Shown piece by piece: positions 51,459 through 62,080 of a DNA stretch of 64,000 nucleotides (its first letter is position 1; the number at the start of each line of letters is the position of its first letter). Source of the DNA: a virus; IMG/VR virus record IMGVR_UViG_3300045303_000152, positions 45,753-109,752 of that record. The stretch is one strand, 5' to 3'. A program made the translations under genes and the position numbers. The notes beneath the pieces are model-generated. The model worked only from the letters and a program-made list of their open reading frames with translations. It made no database searches and was not told where the DNA came from.

Positions 51459-52271
51459 ATGCTAGAGACAATGACCAAGCAGTCAGATTTAACTGATATG
51501 AAGTTTGGTAAGTGGATCGTGCTTGCTAGAGCAGCCAATCATGGTAAGGGTCAATTTTGGAAGTGTAGGTGTGGTGGCTGCAAGAAAACCTATAAGATCT
51601 ATTGGTCTAACTTGGTAAAAGGCAAGACTAGTCAATGCCGTCACTGTGCAAATAAGAGTAGTAGGCATGTACCTAGTGAGTATAGATCTAATTCTATTAG
51701 TAACCTTACAGGGCAGTCGTTTGATAATTGGGAAGTTCTATCGCTAACGAAGAGATTTAGCAGCTACTGTTGGATTTGTAGGTGTAAAATTTGTGGACAT
51801 CAAAAACAATTTCCCACTAGTTGGCTTACAAGAAAGAATACAAAAGGTTACGCGCGATTAGATTGCTATCGTTGCATAAAGAAGAAACAGCCAAAAGCTC
51901 TAACTGAAAAGCTCACAGAAATAACTCCAGTTAAAAAGCTTAGAACTATATATCGTAGAGAACGAATAAGCATCGCTGGAAGGTGGTGTGTTTACTGCGG
52001 TGAGTTAGCAACTACTAGGGAACATTACCCACCCAGAACCTCTACTAGAGGAGGATTTATTTTGCCTTGTTGTTTGCTCTGTAACGTTACGATCGGTGCT
52101 CGCTGGCCTTTCTCTTTTACGCGGCGAACAGCCGAAGTGCAATTAAAACGAAAGATAGCCTATCCTTGGTGCCCTATTACTTACTTGAGATTATTAGGCT
52201 TGAGTTATGATATTCTTGATCGTTTGATAAATCCTTGGATACCAGTATCGCTAACAACACTGGGAGACTGA
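51459..52271 (+). CDS. probable homing endonuclease (repeated zinc-ribbon domains plus HNH-like C-terminus)
   Basis: Two 'L.G..F..W.VL...W.C.C..C' repeats; 'CVYCG...REH.PP...PCC..CN'. Confidence 0.7.
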   Translation: MLETMTKQSDLTDMKFGKWIVLARAANHGKGQFWKCRCGGCKKTYKIYWSNLVKGKTSQCRHCANKSSRHVPSEYRSNSISNLTGQSFDNWEVLSLTKRFSSYCWICRCKICGHQKQFPTSWLTRKNTKGYARLDCYRCIKKKQPKALTEKLTEITPVKKLRTIYRRERISIAGRWCVYCGELATTREHYPPRTSTRGGFILPCCLLCNVTIGARWPFSFTRRTAEVQLKRKIAYPWCPITYLRLLGLSYDILDRLINPWIPVSLTTLGD

Positions 52272-52272
52272 A

Positions 52273-52803
52273 ATGCCACGAAGCGCCGCATACCGTAGGT
52301 GTCAAGATTTACTGCCTGACCTGAGTAAGGAAGAGTTAAAGGATATAATACTGAGGGCCAATGCGCTCGCCGGTATGGGCCGCGTGGCCGAAGCAATCGC
52401 ACCCACCACTAAAGGGAATTTGCTCGATCAAGATGACTGGCTGGCCTACGCCATTAGCCGAGCTATGATCCGTCGAGGGCAGTTCACTACTAAGAATGCA
52501 AACATGAGGATTGCCCTCGCTGCTAGGATCACCCCAACCTATAAAGAAGCTAGCCTCGCTCAGCGTATATGGATATTGGCACAGGTAGGTAGGCAGGAGC
52601 CGCTATTGGAGTATGAGCTACAATACTTAGGGGATGTCGTAATCAACGCCCTCATGAACAACCTATCATGGATGAACGGGCTCGACGCCGAAACACTGAT
52701 GCGCAACATCGACCGCATACCCAAAGCTTTGGATGCTGAGTTCCCAGGCTATGCCGCTAACAACCTGCTTCGTTTACTATTACCACATCGTAATAGAGGA
52801 TAA
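52273..52803 (+). CDS. hypothetical protein upstream of the helicase
   Basis: GGAG RBS; 176 aa. Confidence 0.65.
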   Translation: MPRSAAYRRCQDLLPDLSKEELKDIILRANALAGMGRVAEAIAPTTKGNLLDQDDWLAYAISRAMIRRGQFTTKNANMRIALAARITPTYKEASLAQRIWILAQVGRQEPLLEYELQYLGDVVINALMNNLSWMNGLDAETLMRNIDRIPKALDAEFPGYAANNLLRLLLPHRNRG

Positions 52804-54258
52804 GTGATGGCAGAGAATGAAAAGCTTGATGCCAACATTCAAAAGAACTTGCTGGCATTGCTGTGCTACGACGACAAGCGGGGTACAGAAGTTGCGAGCA
52901 TGCTGGAGGCCGATCAGTTCGATGGCTTGACGCGCACGATTGCCACGGCAGTCTACAAGTACCGATCGCAGTACAGAGGCAAGCCGCCCGGCCGACGCTA
53001 CATGCCAACGTTGATTGAGCAGTTGCCAATTCAGGATGAGCAATTGAAAGCTGCCCGCATGCTCAATCTTGAGATGGGCAAGCTGGTCAAGGCTATAAAT
53101 TCTGATTACGTGATAGGGCAGGCGAGCGGGTTTGCCATCAGGCAGAAATTCAAGCTCGAGACTGAGGCCCTGGCTACGGTACTCACCAAGCCGCCTTACG
53201 ATATGGATAAAGCCCGTGAGCTAGTTCATTCGATGGCGACCTACCAGCCTAGAGTAGTTGATGCCGGTATCAGGCTAAACGATGCGCGACAATCACTCGC
53301 TTTCCTCACTGCGCCGGATGATGGCTACAAGCTGCTCATTGGCCCTTTCGACAATACCAAGTTGCGGCTCGCGCCCAAAACCCTGCTACTCTATTTGGCT
53401 TTCAAGAACTCAGGCAAGTCATGGTTTTGCACGCATGTCGGGCGCTCATGCGCAATGCAAGGCGCAAACGTGCTGCACGTCAGCCTCGAGATGTCGCAAC
53501 AGCAAGTCGCCGGTCGGTACGTGCAAAACTTCTTCGGCGTGTCGAAGTACAGCTCGAAGTATCTGAAGGTTTCGTTTACGACTGAAAAAGGTGCAGCGAC
53601 GGGTTGGAACCAAAAGCTGGTCACACCTAAGCTGACAGTGGATAAGCGAGGTATCTACCAAATACTGAAAAACAAGCTGGCACAGTTCGATCGGTTGACA
53701 GAACGTATCATCATAAAGGAATTTCCCACTGGTAGCATGACGCTTCACATGCTCGAAAGCTATCTTGACTTTATGGATAGGCATTTCAACTTCCAGCCTA
53801 ATGTCATCATTGTCGACTACCCAGATTTGATGAAGCTGAGCACGAGGGATTATCGCATTGACATAGGCGAGAACGTCAAGGCGTTGCGTGGCTTGGCCAA
53901 CACCCGTAATGCAGCCCTGGTCTGCCCAAGCCAAATCAATCGAAGCGGAGCTACCAAAAAGCAGGTGCGCAGCATTCACACGGCTGAGGATATCAGCAAG
54001 GTGAACACGGCCGACAATGTGATTACCTACTCGCAAACTGGCACAGAGCGGCAGTACCATTTGGCTCGCCTATTGCTAGAACATGCGCGCGATACCGAAG
54101 CCGGTATAGAGGTCGCCATAACTCAGAACTATGCGATTGGCCAGTATGTTACTGATGCCCGGCTAATGCTCAACAGCTATCGCGCACGCATTGAAGAGGG
54201 TAACGAGCTGAGCGGCGACGATGCAAAGCCTGACGACAAGCCAGAAGGTTTGGTATGA
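52804..54258 (+). CDS. DnaB-like replicative helicase
   Basis: A....GKS Walker A, HVSLEMS, IIVDYPDL, SQINR, AEDISK...AD. Confidence 0.88.
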   Translation: MMAENEKLDANIQKNLLALLCYDDKRGTEVASMLEADQFDGLTRTIATAVYKYRSQYRGKPPGRRYMPTLIEQLPIQDEQLKAARMLNLEMGKLVKAINSDYVIGQASGFAIRQKFKLETEALATVLTKPPYDMDKARELVHSMATYQPRVVDAGIRLNDARQSLAFLTAPDDGYKLLIGPFDNTKLRLAPKTLLLYLAFKNSGKSWFCTHVGRSCAMQGANVLHVSLEMSQQQVAGRYVQNFFGVSKYSSKYLKVSFTTEKGAATGWNQKLVTPKLTVDKRGIYQILKNKLAQFDRLTERIIIKEFPTGSMTLHMLESYLDFMDRHFNFQPNVIIVDYPDLMKLSTRDYRIDIGENVKALRGLANTRNAALVCPSQINRSGATKKQVRSIHTAEDISKVNTADNVITYSQTGTERQYHLARLLLEHARDTEAGIEVAITQNYAIGQYVTDARLMLNSYRARIEEGNELSGDDAKPDDKPEGLV

Positions 54259-55829
54259 TCCTTCAAAGTACCATTCGCAAGTTTCTTAACCGGCAGCGTG
54301 ACGATCACCGCTGGCTCAAGAAGCTTAGCAAAAGCGACGTGGATGCATTGCTGAACTCGCTTGAGCCGCGCCCCAAGCTGTGGCCGAAGCTCATGCTGCA
54401 CCAAAAGGTCGCTTTCTACTTGGGGGTTGCCTACCAAAGCTTCTCATTCTGGCTTGACATGGGCTCGGGCAAAACCCTCGTTGCCTTGGAGCTCATGAAA
54501 TACTGGTACCAGTGCGGCGCCGCGAAGCGCTGCATCGTGTTTGTGATAACCGACAAGGCATTCCCCACGTGGGAAAAGCAAATCGAAAGGTACAAGATCG
54601 GCCTGCCGGTCATCGCCCTCGAAGAATCCAGCGTGAACAAGTGGGAGCAGCTCGACAGCTTTAAGCACGGTTTCGTTCTCGTCACCTATGCCGGCGCCGT
54701 GGCCATGTGCAGCGAAACGGTATCGGGCAAGGGTAAGAAAAAGCGTGGGTGGAAACTCAACAAGAACTTGATGAACAGGCTCAGCAACGGCGCTGACATG
54801 CTGGTTATGGATGAAAGCACTAGGGCCGGCAACATTCAATCGCTGAGCCACAAGCTCTGCGCCTACCTGTCGAAACGCATGGACTATCGCTATGCCCTAG
54901 CAGGCCGGCCGTTCGGGCGCGACCCCACATTGCTGTGGACCCAACAGCGTTTGATTGATCAGGGCGGTAGCCTTGGTGAAACGAAGGCGCTGTTTCAGGA
55001 AGCCTTTTTTGCTAAAGAGCGCAACCCATTTGCTCGCTCGCAGTATGCCTTCAACTACACGTTTAGAAAAGAGATGATGCCCAAGCTGACGGAGCTCATG
55101 CAGCACCGCAGCATCACGTATGAAGAGCGCGAGTTTCAGGATGTTGCCAAGGTAATTCGCATCGTCGAGCCGGTGTACCTGAACCGCACGGCTAGAAAGT
55201 ACTACGACTACGGCGTCAAAGAACTTGCCAAAGCTAGGGGTAACTTTGTCGAGACCAACAATATATTCCTAAAGCTGCGCCAAATCACGTCAGGGTTTGT
55301 CGGCGTCAAGAACGATGAAACTGGCGAGAAGGCATCGTTGAAGTTTGACGACAACCCCAAGCTGGACAAGCTGAGCGAACTCGTTGCGGAATTGCCCCTC
55401 GACCGTAAGGCCGTGGTATTCTACGATTACACATGGTCGGCCAGTCAAATCATTGCGCACTTGTCCTTTCTGCAGGGCATTCAATATATCTGGCTTTGGT
55501 CAGGCACTAAAAACTATCGTGCCGATCTAAAGAAGTTTACCGATGATCCCAAATGCCGCATTGCCATCATCAACAACAAGGTCGGTGCCTACTCGCTCGA
55601 TGGCTTGCAGGAAGTAGCCAACTACATATTCTTCTATGAAAGCCCGGTGTCGGTCATCGACCGCGAGCAATCAGAAAAGCGCCTCAACCGTAAAGGCCAG
55701 AAACGAAAGGTGTGGATGTATGACTTGGCAGTAGTCAACAGTGTGGATGAGCGCATACTTGCTTTCCATAAGGAAGGTAAGGACTTGATGACGATGGCTC
55801 GCAAAAACCCCGAAATCTTGTTGGAGTAA
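54255..55829 (+). CDS. SNF2-like superfamily 2 helicase
   Basis: LDMGSGKT, MDES, LRQITSGF, NPKL..L, Q..KR..R.GQ. Confidence 0.88.
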   Translation: MILQSTIRKFLNRQRDDHRWLKKLSKSDVDALLNSLEPRPKLWPKLMLHQKVAFYLGVAYQSFSFWLDMGSGKTLVALELMKYWYQCGAAKRCIVFVITDKAFPTWEKQIERYKIGLPVIALEESSVNKWEQLDSFKHGFVLVTYAGAVAMCSETVSGKGKKKRGWKLNKNLMNRLSNGADMLVMDESTRAGNIQSLSHKLCAYLSKRMDYRYALAGRPFGRDPTLLWTQQRLIDQGGSLGETKALFQEAFFAKERNPFARSQYAFNYTFRKEMMPKLTELMQHRSITYEEREFQDVAKVIRIVEPVYLNRTARKYYDYGVKELAKARGNFVETNNIFLKLRQITSGFVGVKNDETGEKASLKFDDNPKLDKLSELVAELPLDRKAVVFYDYTWSASQIIAHLSFLQGIQYIWLWSGTKNYRADLKKFTDDPKCRIAIINNKVGAYSLDGLQEVANYIFFYESPVSVIDREQSEKRLNRKGQKRKVWMYDLAVVNSVDERILAFHKEGKDLMTMARKNPEILLE

Positions 55830-55834
55830 CCCCA

Positions 55835-56152
55835 ATGGCTAAACAGCGTATGACTGTAGAAGAAATAATGGAGCAACTCGCCAGTGAGACTTTGCTAAAC
55901 CAAGTTAGGCGCAAGATCAGCAGCCACGCTGGCGTAGTGGAACAAGCTACGAGGCAAGTTGAGTCCCTTAGCCCGATTGCGCTTCGCAGGATGGAGTTCG
56001 AGGCAGCGATTGAAATCGCAGCTACGCTCGGCATCGACCTAACGCCTGGAGCTCAGCCACCAACTGGCGTGCGTGGAGCTATTGGTCCTAAAGGGCCTAC
56101 TGGCGCCCCAAAAGGTCCTACAGGTCCTAAAGCCAGTGAGAGGAATAAATGA
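55835..56152 (+). CDS. hypothetical protein with short collagen-like tail
   Basis: GVRGAIGPKGPT...GPTGPK. Confidence 0.6.
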   Translation: MAKQRMTVEEIMEQLASETLLNQVRRKISSHAGVVEQATRQVESLSPIALRRMEFEAAIEIAATLGIDLTPGAQPPTGVRGAIGPKGPTGAPKGPTGPKASERNK

Positions 56153-57174
56153 CCGCAATAGTCACCGCTGACTTGCACTTGAGCAGCAACCCCCGTGATA
56201 GCTATCGGCATTACTTTGTCAGGAACATCTTGCTCGGCATCGTGACGCGCAAGCGGCCGACCACGCTAATCATTCTGGGCGACCTGACCGATCAAAAGGA
56301 CTATCACAGCTCAGAACTGGTCAACACGATCGTCGAGTATCTATACGCCTTTTCGCTAGAATGTCCCGTAATCGTCATGCGGGGTAATCATGATTGCATC
56401 AACCCCGACATGCCATTCTTTGGCTTTGTCAAGCATATCCCCAACATCACTTGGATTACCCAACCCAAAGTGATGACCCTCGCCGGGCTTGGTGTGTGCT
56501 GCTTTCTGCCTCACACGCGCAACTACAAACGGGATTGGGAAGAGCTATCGTTCGCCCCGTACAAGCGTGACTCCAATACAGGCTTCATCTTTGCTCACAA
56601 TACCTTCGACGGCGCCGATGCTGGCCACGGTCGAACGCTGCGAGGCATACCAACGTCGGTGTTCCCCAAACAGGCTACAGTCATCAGCGGCGATATCCAC
56701 ATACCGCAAACTCTCAATCAGGTGACTTATGTGGGCGCACCCTACACCGTCACGTTCGGCGATAGCTACAAACCCCGCGTGCTACAGATTGGGTTGACAC
56801 CCTCGCGTGAAATCCAAATGCAGTCGATACCATGCGAGGGGGCGCAAAAGCGTGTCGTCGATATTAAGAACCCTCACAAGGGCTTGGCTATTGCTCTTAA
56901 CAAGGGCGACATGGTAAAAGCTCGTGTTCACTTGGCGGCGGAAGACTACGCTCGATGGAATGAAATACAGGCGCAAGTGCGCAAGGCAATCGAGCAACAG
57001 GGCGCCATCGCCAGCATCATCCAGCCCATAAAGGTAAGCCAGACTATCAAGCTGCAACGCAAGCGCACGGCTGGACTTCAGAATGATCTCGAGCTACTCG
57101 AAACCTACGCGAAGCGACGAGGCGTGACAACTGACACGCTGAAAACTGGTAAATGGATCATGGAGCAAGTGTGA
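56149..57174 (+). CDS. SbcD/Mre11-like nuclease
   Basis: ADLH, GDLTD, GNHD, SGDIH. Confidence 0.9.
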   Translation: MTAIVTADLHLSSNPRDSYRHYFVRNILLGIVTRKRPTTLIILGDLTDQKDYHSSELVNTIVEYLYAFSLECPVIVMRGNHDCINPDMPFFGFVKHIPNITWITQPKVMTLAGLGVCCFLPHTRNYKRDWEELSFAPYKRDSNTGFIFAHNTFDGADAGHGRTLRGIPTSVFPKQATVISGDIHIPQTLNQVTYVGAPYTVTFGDSYKPRVLQIGLTPSREIQMQSIPCEGAQKRVVDIKNPHKGLAIALNKGDMVKARVHLAAEDYARWNEIQAQVRKAIEQQGAIASIIQPIKVSQTIKLQRKRTAGLQNDLELLETYAKRRGVTTDTLKTGKWIMEQV

Positions 57175-57349
57175 TGCACTGGATATTTCTGTCGGTACTA
57201 GCTGTATGCGTAGCCATCCTAGCAATAGTATCAGATACTGACGACTTGAAGCAACGAGTTTGCCTATTAGAAGGCCGAGAGGTAACTAGAACCTACGTGC
57301 TTGGGTTCATATTGAACTATGGCTGTACTGACAAGGCGAAGGAAACGAA

Positions 57350-59194
57350 GTGAAGATCGAGTTTCGCCAGCTAGCAATCGAGCACTTCGGCAGCTTTGCT
57401 GAGAAGCAATTTCTCCGCCTCACGCCGTTGAGCGTCGGGGTGCATTTCGTGCGCGGCGTCAACGAGGTGGAAAAGCTTGGCCCCAACGGTGCCGGCAAGT
57501 CGAAGATGGTCAACGCTCTGGCGTGGTGCCTGTACGGCAAGACGACCGACAACCTCAAAGCATCTGATGTCAAGCCGTGGTCAGGTAAAGGCAAACCCCG
57601 CGTCAGTCTGATTGCCAACTTCGACGGCAAGAAACGGAAGGTAACGCGCACCGCCCCCAACTTTCTCGAGCTTGATGGCAAAGAGGTAAGCCAGGACGAG
57701 ATAGATAACTTGATGCACATGGACTACGGGGTGTTCAAGCAGGCTATGCTGTTCGGCCAATCAGAGCCGCTATTCTTTGACTTACCTAATAAAGATAAGC
57801 TGGCACTGCTGAGTGAAGTACTTGAGTTAGATAAGTGGGAAGTTCGTTCGCAAAGGGCGAGTGAGCGCACCCGCGAGCTAGAAGGTAAGCTGGCTGAATT
57901 GCGTTCGCAGGATATAGCGTTGGAGTCAGCTATTGTCAGAGTACGCGAGTTGATTGCCAGCACGATCGCCGCTCGCGATAAGTGGGAAGCTGAGCTGGCC
58001 ACCAAGCTGAAGAACGCTGATAAAGACAAACGAACACTTACAGAACAACTTGCAGCGGTTGAGAAGAAACTCAAAACGGCTACTCGCATCGGCGTGCATG
58101 CCGCGACCAAGCTAGGTGAGGTGCAGGCTGATCTCAAAATAGCTGAAGAGTACCTGAACAAGCATAACCAGCAACTATCTGTACTCAACGAGCGCAACCG
58201 GCAGCTTACGAGCCAGCGTGCGGTAGTTGTCAAAGACCTTAAAGAATTAGATAAGGCTCGCCGCTGCCCGACATGCAATCAACCCATAACCCACGTCAAC
58301 GTACGCACGCATCGGCAGCATTTGCAGGATAGGTTGAAGCAGCTCGATAAGCAAATCAAAGAGAGCACGCCGGCTGATATTCCTGAAACCCAAAAGCTGA
58401 CGTTCAAGTATAAGAATGACGTAATCATGAACCGGGCGCACGCGGTCACATACCAAACTGAGATGGATGGCCGCGCTCGTGAGGTAACAGCCCTGAATGT
58501 CACGCGGTCAGAATGCCGGGCAAGGCTCGACGTGATCGACAAGCTGATACAAGAGCGCGAGACTGAAGCCAATCCACACACGGCCCAGCTCAAAAAGCTC
58601 AAGACCCAGCTTACAGAAATGAAGGCTGAAAGCCTCGTAGCCGGCAAAGCAGCCGACAAAGCTTCAAGGCAGGCCGCGCGCAGCAAGTACTGGATAAAAG
58701 GGTTCAAGGACGTTCGACTGTTCGTAATAGAGGACGTGCTGCAGGAACTCGAGTTGACAACCAATGCATTGCTGGAAGACATGGGCTTGCTCGGCTGGCA
58801 AGTCAATTATGCAGTGGAGCGGGAAACCAAGTCGGGCAGCATTCAAACCGGCATGACGATCAGCATTCTATCGCCGCGCAACAAAAAGTCGGTCAAATGG
58901 GAGTCCTGGTCAGGAGGTGAAGGCCAACGCCTACGATTGGCTGGTGCTTTGGCACTGTCTGAGGTATTATTGGGGTACGCCAATATCGAGGTCAATCTCG
59001 AGATATTGGACGAGCCTACAAAGCACTTATCCGATGAGGGGGTAGTCGACTTGTGCGAGATGCTGACAGCGCGCAGTGAGCAACTGGGCCGGAAAATCCT
59101 GTACATCGATCACATGATGACGGAAGGTAGCCAGTTCGCCTCGACTATCGTGGTGCGCAAGACTAAGGCCGGTTCATTGATTGAGCAGAGCTAA
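57350..59194 (+). CDS. SbcC/Rad50-like ATPase
   Basis: NGAGKS, CPTC hook, SGGE signature, ILDEP, coiled coils. Confidence 0.92.
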   Translation: MKIEFRQLAIEHFGSFAEKQFLRLTPLSVGVHFVRGVNEVEKLGPNGAGKSKMVNALAWCLYGKTTDNLKASDVKPWSGKGKPRVSLIANFDGKKRKVTRTAPNFLELDGKEVSQDEIDNLMHMDYGVFKQAMLFGQSEPLFFDLPNKDKLALLSEVLELDKWEVRSQRASERTRELEGKLAELRSQDIALESAIVRVRELIASTIAARDKWEAELATKLKNADKDKRTLTEQLAAVEKKLKTATRIGVHAATKLGEVQADLKIAEEYLNKHNQQLSVLNERNRQLTSQRAVVVKDLKELDKARRCPTCNQPITHVNVRTHRQHLQDRLKQLDKQIKESTPADIPETQKLTFKYKNDVIMNRAHAVTYQTEMDGRAREVTALNVTRSECRARLDVIDKLIQERETEANPHTAQLKKLKTQLTEMKAESLVAGKAADKASRQAARSKYWIKGFKDVRLFVIEDVLQELELTTNALLEDMGLLGWQVNYAVERETKSGSIQTGMTISILSPRNKKSVKWESWSGGEGQRLRLAGALALSEVLLGYANIEVNLEILDEPTKHLSDEGVVDLCEMLTARSEQLGRKILYIDHMMTEGSQFASTIVVRKTKAGSLIEQS

Positions 59195-59318
59195 CGTATG
59201 TTGTAAGCGGGGCTGATGCACGACGATGATAAAACATTCTGGTTGATGCTGTTCCTGCTGTTTAGCCTAGTCGCTATATCAGCACTGGTAGCCATCAGCT
59301 TGATGGAGGAAGCGTTCG

Positions 59319-59897
59319 GTGACGATCTCAACAGGCAAATGGGCATACGGAAAATGGTACCCACCCTGCAGACTCTATCGCATAAAGCAGCGAGGCACGC
59401 GCGGCAAGTACAAGCGCTCGACCGAGACACGCATGAAAGCCTCTCAAGCCGTCAAAAAGACGAAGGCGAAGCGGTGGCAATCGCTCGCAAAGAAGTTCAA
59501 CACTTCTACCAAAAACATACAGATGTTCAACAAGTTGTGGAAAAACCAACAACGATGCGCAAAACGACGAGGCATAGGATTTCAGTTAACCTTTCATCAA
59601 TGGATGGCAATTTGGCTAAATTCTGGCAAACTACACAAACGCGGCAAGGGTGCGAAACTCTACGTTATGGCGAGGTTCAACGATGTGGGAAATTACGCCG
59701 TAGGCAACGTGAAGATAATTCTTGGCACTGAAAATGTTAGCGAGGGGCATAAACGTGAGCGTGTACGTAGACGATATGTGGAAGTACCCGATGGGCCAAT
59801 TCAAGGCCAGAGGTGGGCGCACCTACAAGATGAGCCACCTGATCGCCACCGACCTAAAAGAGCTGCATCGTATGGCTCGTCGCCTTGGTGTAGATAA
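59319..59897 (+). CDS. probable free-standing endonuclease
   Basis: 'AKRRGIGFQLTF.QW..IW', 'VMARFND.G.Y..GNVKII...EN'. Confidence 0.55.
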   Translation: MTISTGKWAYGKWYPPCRLYRIKQRGTRGKYKRSTETRMKASQAVKKTKAKRWQSLAKKFNTSTKNIQMFNKLWKNQQRCAKRRGIGFQLTFHQWMAIWLNSGKLHKRGKGAKLYVMARFNDVGNYAVGNVKIILGTENVSEGHKRERVRRRYVEVPDGPIQGQRWAHLQDEPPDRHRPKRAASYGSSPWCR

Positions 59898-60162
59898 ACG
59901 CCACTTTCAAGATAAGCATAGCGGGCCTCACTATGACATTGCGATGTCTAAGCGAAAGCTCGCAGTCGAGTACGGAGCTGTGGAAGTAACCATGCGCGAG
60001 CTTGCCGCCATACTTTGGTGCCAGCGCAACGAGTTGCCATTCCGCAATCCAGGTCACGCTTATAGACGAATGATCGCAAACTATCGAAACAGGGTGAGGG
60101 TTAGTGATGGAACGTCGTCGCTTGGGACAACTACCAAAGCCGTGCCCGCTCGTAACAGGTAG
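59755..60162 (+). CDS. DUF4031-like protein
   Basis: 'VYVDD...MSHL...ELH..A..LG...FQ...PHYDI'. Confidence 0.75.
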   Translation: MSVYVDDMWKYPMGQFKARGGRTYKMSHLIATDLKELHRMARRLGVDKRHFQDKHSGPHYDIAMSKRKLAVEYGAVEVTMRELAAILWCQRNELPFRNPGHAYRRMIANYRNRVRVSDGTSSLGTTTKAVPARNR

Positions 60163-60553
60163 AATAATCTACGATAAGTCAGCCGGTCAGCTTAGGCCCG
60201 AGAATTACCAATGGTACACGTACCTCACCAAGCCAACGTATGAGAAGTTTGGTGGCGTATTCAAGCGAGTAGGCCGCGACCCTAAGCGAATACCACAGAA
60301 TATTCTCGAGGCGTCAGGGCACAAGCCTCGCTCGGCAACGTCACGCATCAAAACCTATCTCATTGACTTAGAGATAGAGCGTGACCCCTCGCGAGATCGT
60401 GGCTTGAAGCGGTTGCGTGAGCTTTGCCTGCGCTGTGCCATAACGACCAATGAGATCCGGCACTGCGCGATCATTAACTGCCCACTCTGGTGCCATCGCC
60501 TAGGTACTAATCCCCATAACTTTCACAAGCGTCAAGCTAGAAAGGAGTAGTGC

Positions 60554-62080
60554 ATGCGCGTTGTAATTTACAGACCTACCAAGTCAGAGCATGACGCGGC
60601 GCTCGCTGACGCTTTGCTTACCGGGTTCGAGGCTAATGGCGACAAGGTATTTCTGAAGAAGTCAGTCGAGTTTAGCGGGATTGACGAATGGACCCAAATG
60701 ATCGTGCTTATTGGGCTCAACGACAAGTCGCTATATACCCAGCATATCAGAGCCGGCAAGAGCGTGCTGCTGATTGATGACGGCTACATCAACCCGCAGA
60801 AGTACTATCGGTTCGCCCTAGATGGGTTTCAGTCATGGTTTCTGCACAACAAGCCAATGGCGCATGGCCGGCTGGCAACTATATTGAAGGAAGCAGAGCT
60901 AACCATGCTACCTTTCGAAGAACGCCAGCAACCGCTCGGGCTGTACGTCGGCAACCCTGAAGCCTATTGCAGATGGCATGAGCTGACCGACGATAAGGAC
61001 GACAAGCATTCCTTCGACAGCAATATGTGCCGGCACATCGCCGTCAGGATAATCCCACAGGTTTGGGGCACGCCGACAGCGGCTTACCTACCAAATGCAA
61101 ACTTCAATGCTGCGCACCCAAAGTTCATGGATGGTCCCCGAGGCACCATTGTACTGCCCTCTGATACTCCTCTTAGCGAAGCGTTGCGGAATTGCTCCAT
61201 GCTGGTCGAGCACGGCGGAAACTTCGGCGTTGCCGCGCTTATTGCCGGCGTACCAGTTGTAGTTACAACGGCGGAAGGGATAAGTCCGGTGTACCCCATC
61301 GCTGGGCACGGCATTGAGGCAGTGCGATCACCCCCTAAAACTACGGATGCAGAGCGTGTGCAAGTACTGGCCAACCTAGCATGGCATCAGTTCACGTTGA
61401 ATGAGATTGCATCGGGCATGGCGTTGCAACACCTAACCCCGCACACGATTAAGCATTTGGAGGGCATGGTCAGCGATCCCAATAACCAAACCTATCTGAT
61501 TGCCCAATACAAGATGATGCACAACGCCGGCAAGTATCGTGGCGGGCTCAATGAGGAGATCATTGCCCACATCACCACGATGGTTGACGCTCACAAGCCG
61601 CAGAGCTTGCTCGACTATGGCAGCGGCAAGGGCAGGCAGTACCTCGAGAAAAAGCAGCACGAGCTATGGAACGGCCCCGAGCCAACATGCTATGACCCTG
61701 CACACGCGCCGTTCGCGACCAGACCCGAAGGGCAGTTCGACGGCGTGATCTGTACCGATGTGGCCGAGCATATTCCACCCGATGGCGTCGAGGCATTTCT
61801 CGACGACGTGTTGCAGTACGCTCGCAAGTTCGTGTTCTTTTGTATTTACACCGGGCCGGCGATCAAGTATTTACCCGACGGGCGCAACGTTCACCTCACG
61901 GTAAGAAAGCAAAAATGGTGGAACCAGCAAATCTTTGAGGCAATCTACCGACGTGAGCCGGCAAGCTTGACGCCGATAGCTGTTACCGTGCTCAGTGACA
62001 AGTCAATCCGAATGAAAAGCGACACCATCGAGATCACCACATTGTACCGAGGCGGGGAGCGAGATGAAAAAGCAGCTTAG
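60554..62080 (+). CDS. glycosyltransferase-like domain fused to a class I methyltransferase
   Basis: N-terminal paralog of 25884/28244 ('IDDGY', 'HGGNFGV.ALIAGVP', 'LAWHQF..EIASG'); C-terminal LLDYGSGKG, YDP, CTDVAEHI. Confidence 0.8.
   Translation: MRVVIYRPTKSEHDAALADALLTGFEANGDKVFLKKSVEFSGIDEWTQMIVLIGLNDKSLYTQHIRAGKSVLLIDDGYINPQKYYRFALDGFQSWFLHNKPMAHGRLATILKEAELTMLPFEERQQPLGLYVGNPEAYCRWHELTDDKDDKHSFDSNMCRHIAVRIIPQVWGTPTAAYLPNANFNAAHPKFMDGPRGTIVLPSDTPLSEALRNCSMLVEHGGNFGVAALIAGVPVVVTTAEGISPVYPIAGHGIEAVRSPPKTTDAERVQVLANLAWHQFTLNEIASGMALQHLTPHTIKHLEGMVSDPNNQTYLIAQYKMMHNAGKYRGGLNEEIIAHITTMVDAHKPQSLLDYGSGKGRQYLEKKQHELWNGPEPTCYDPAHAPFATRPEGQFDGVICTDVAEHIPPDGVEAFLDDVLQYARKFVFFCIYTGPAIKYLPDGRNVHLTVRKQKWWNQQIFEAIYRREPASLTPIAVTVLSDKSIRMKSDTIEITTLYRGGERDEKAA

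Noticed and set aside
57304-57317. Additional GTTCA..TGAAC palindrome copy
   Set aside because: Spacing is one base short and the site is intragenic; may be chance
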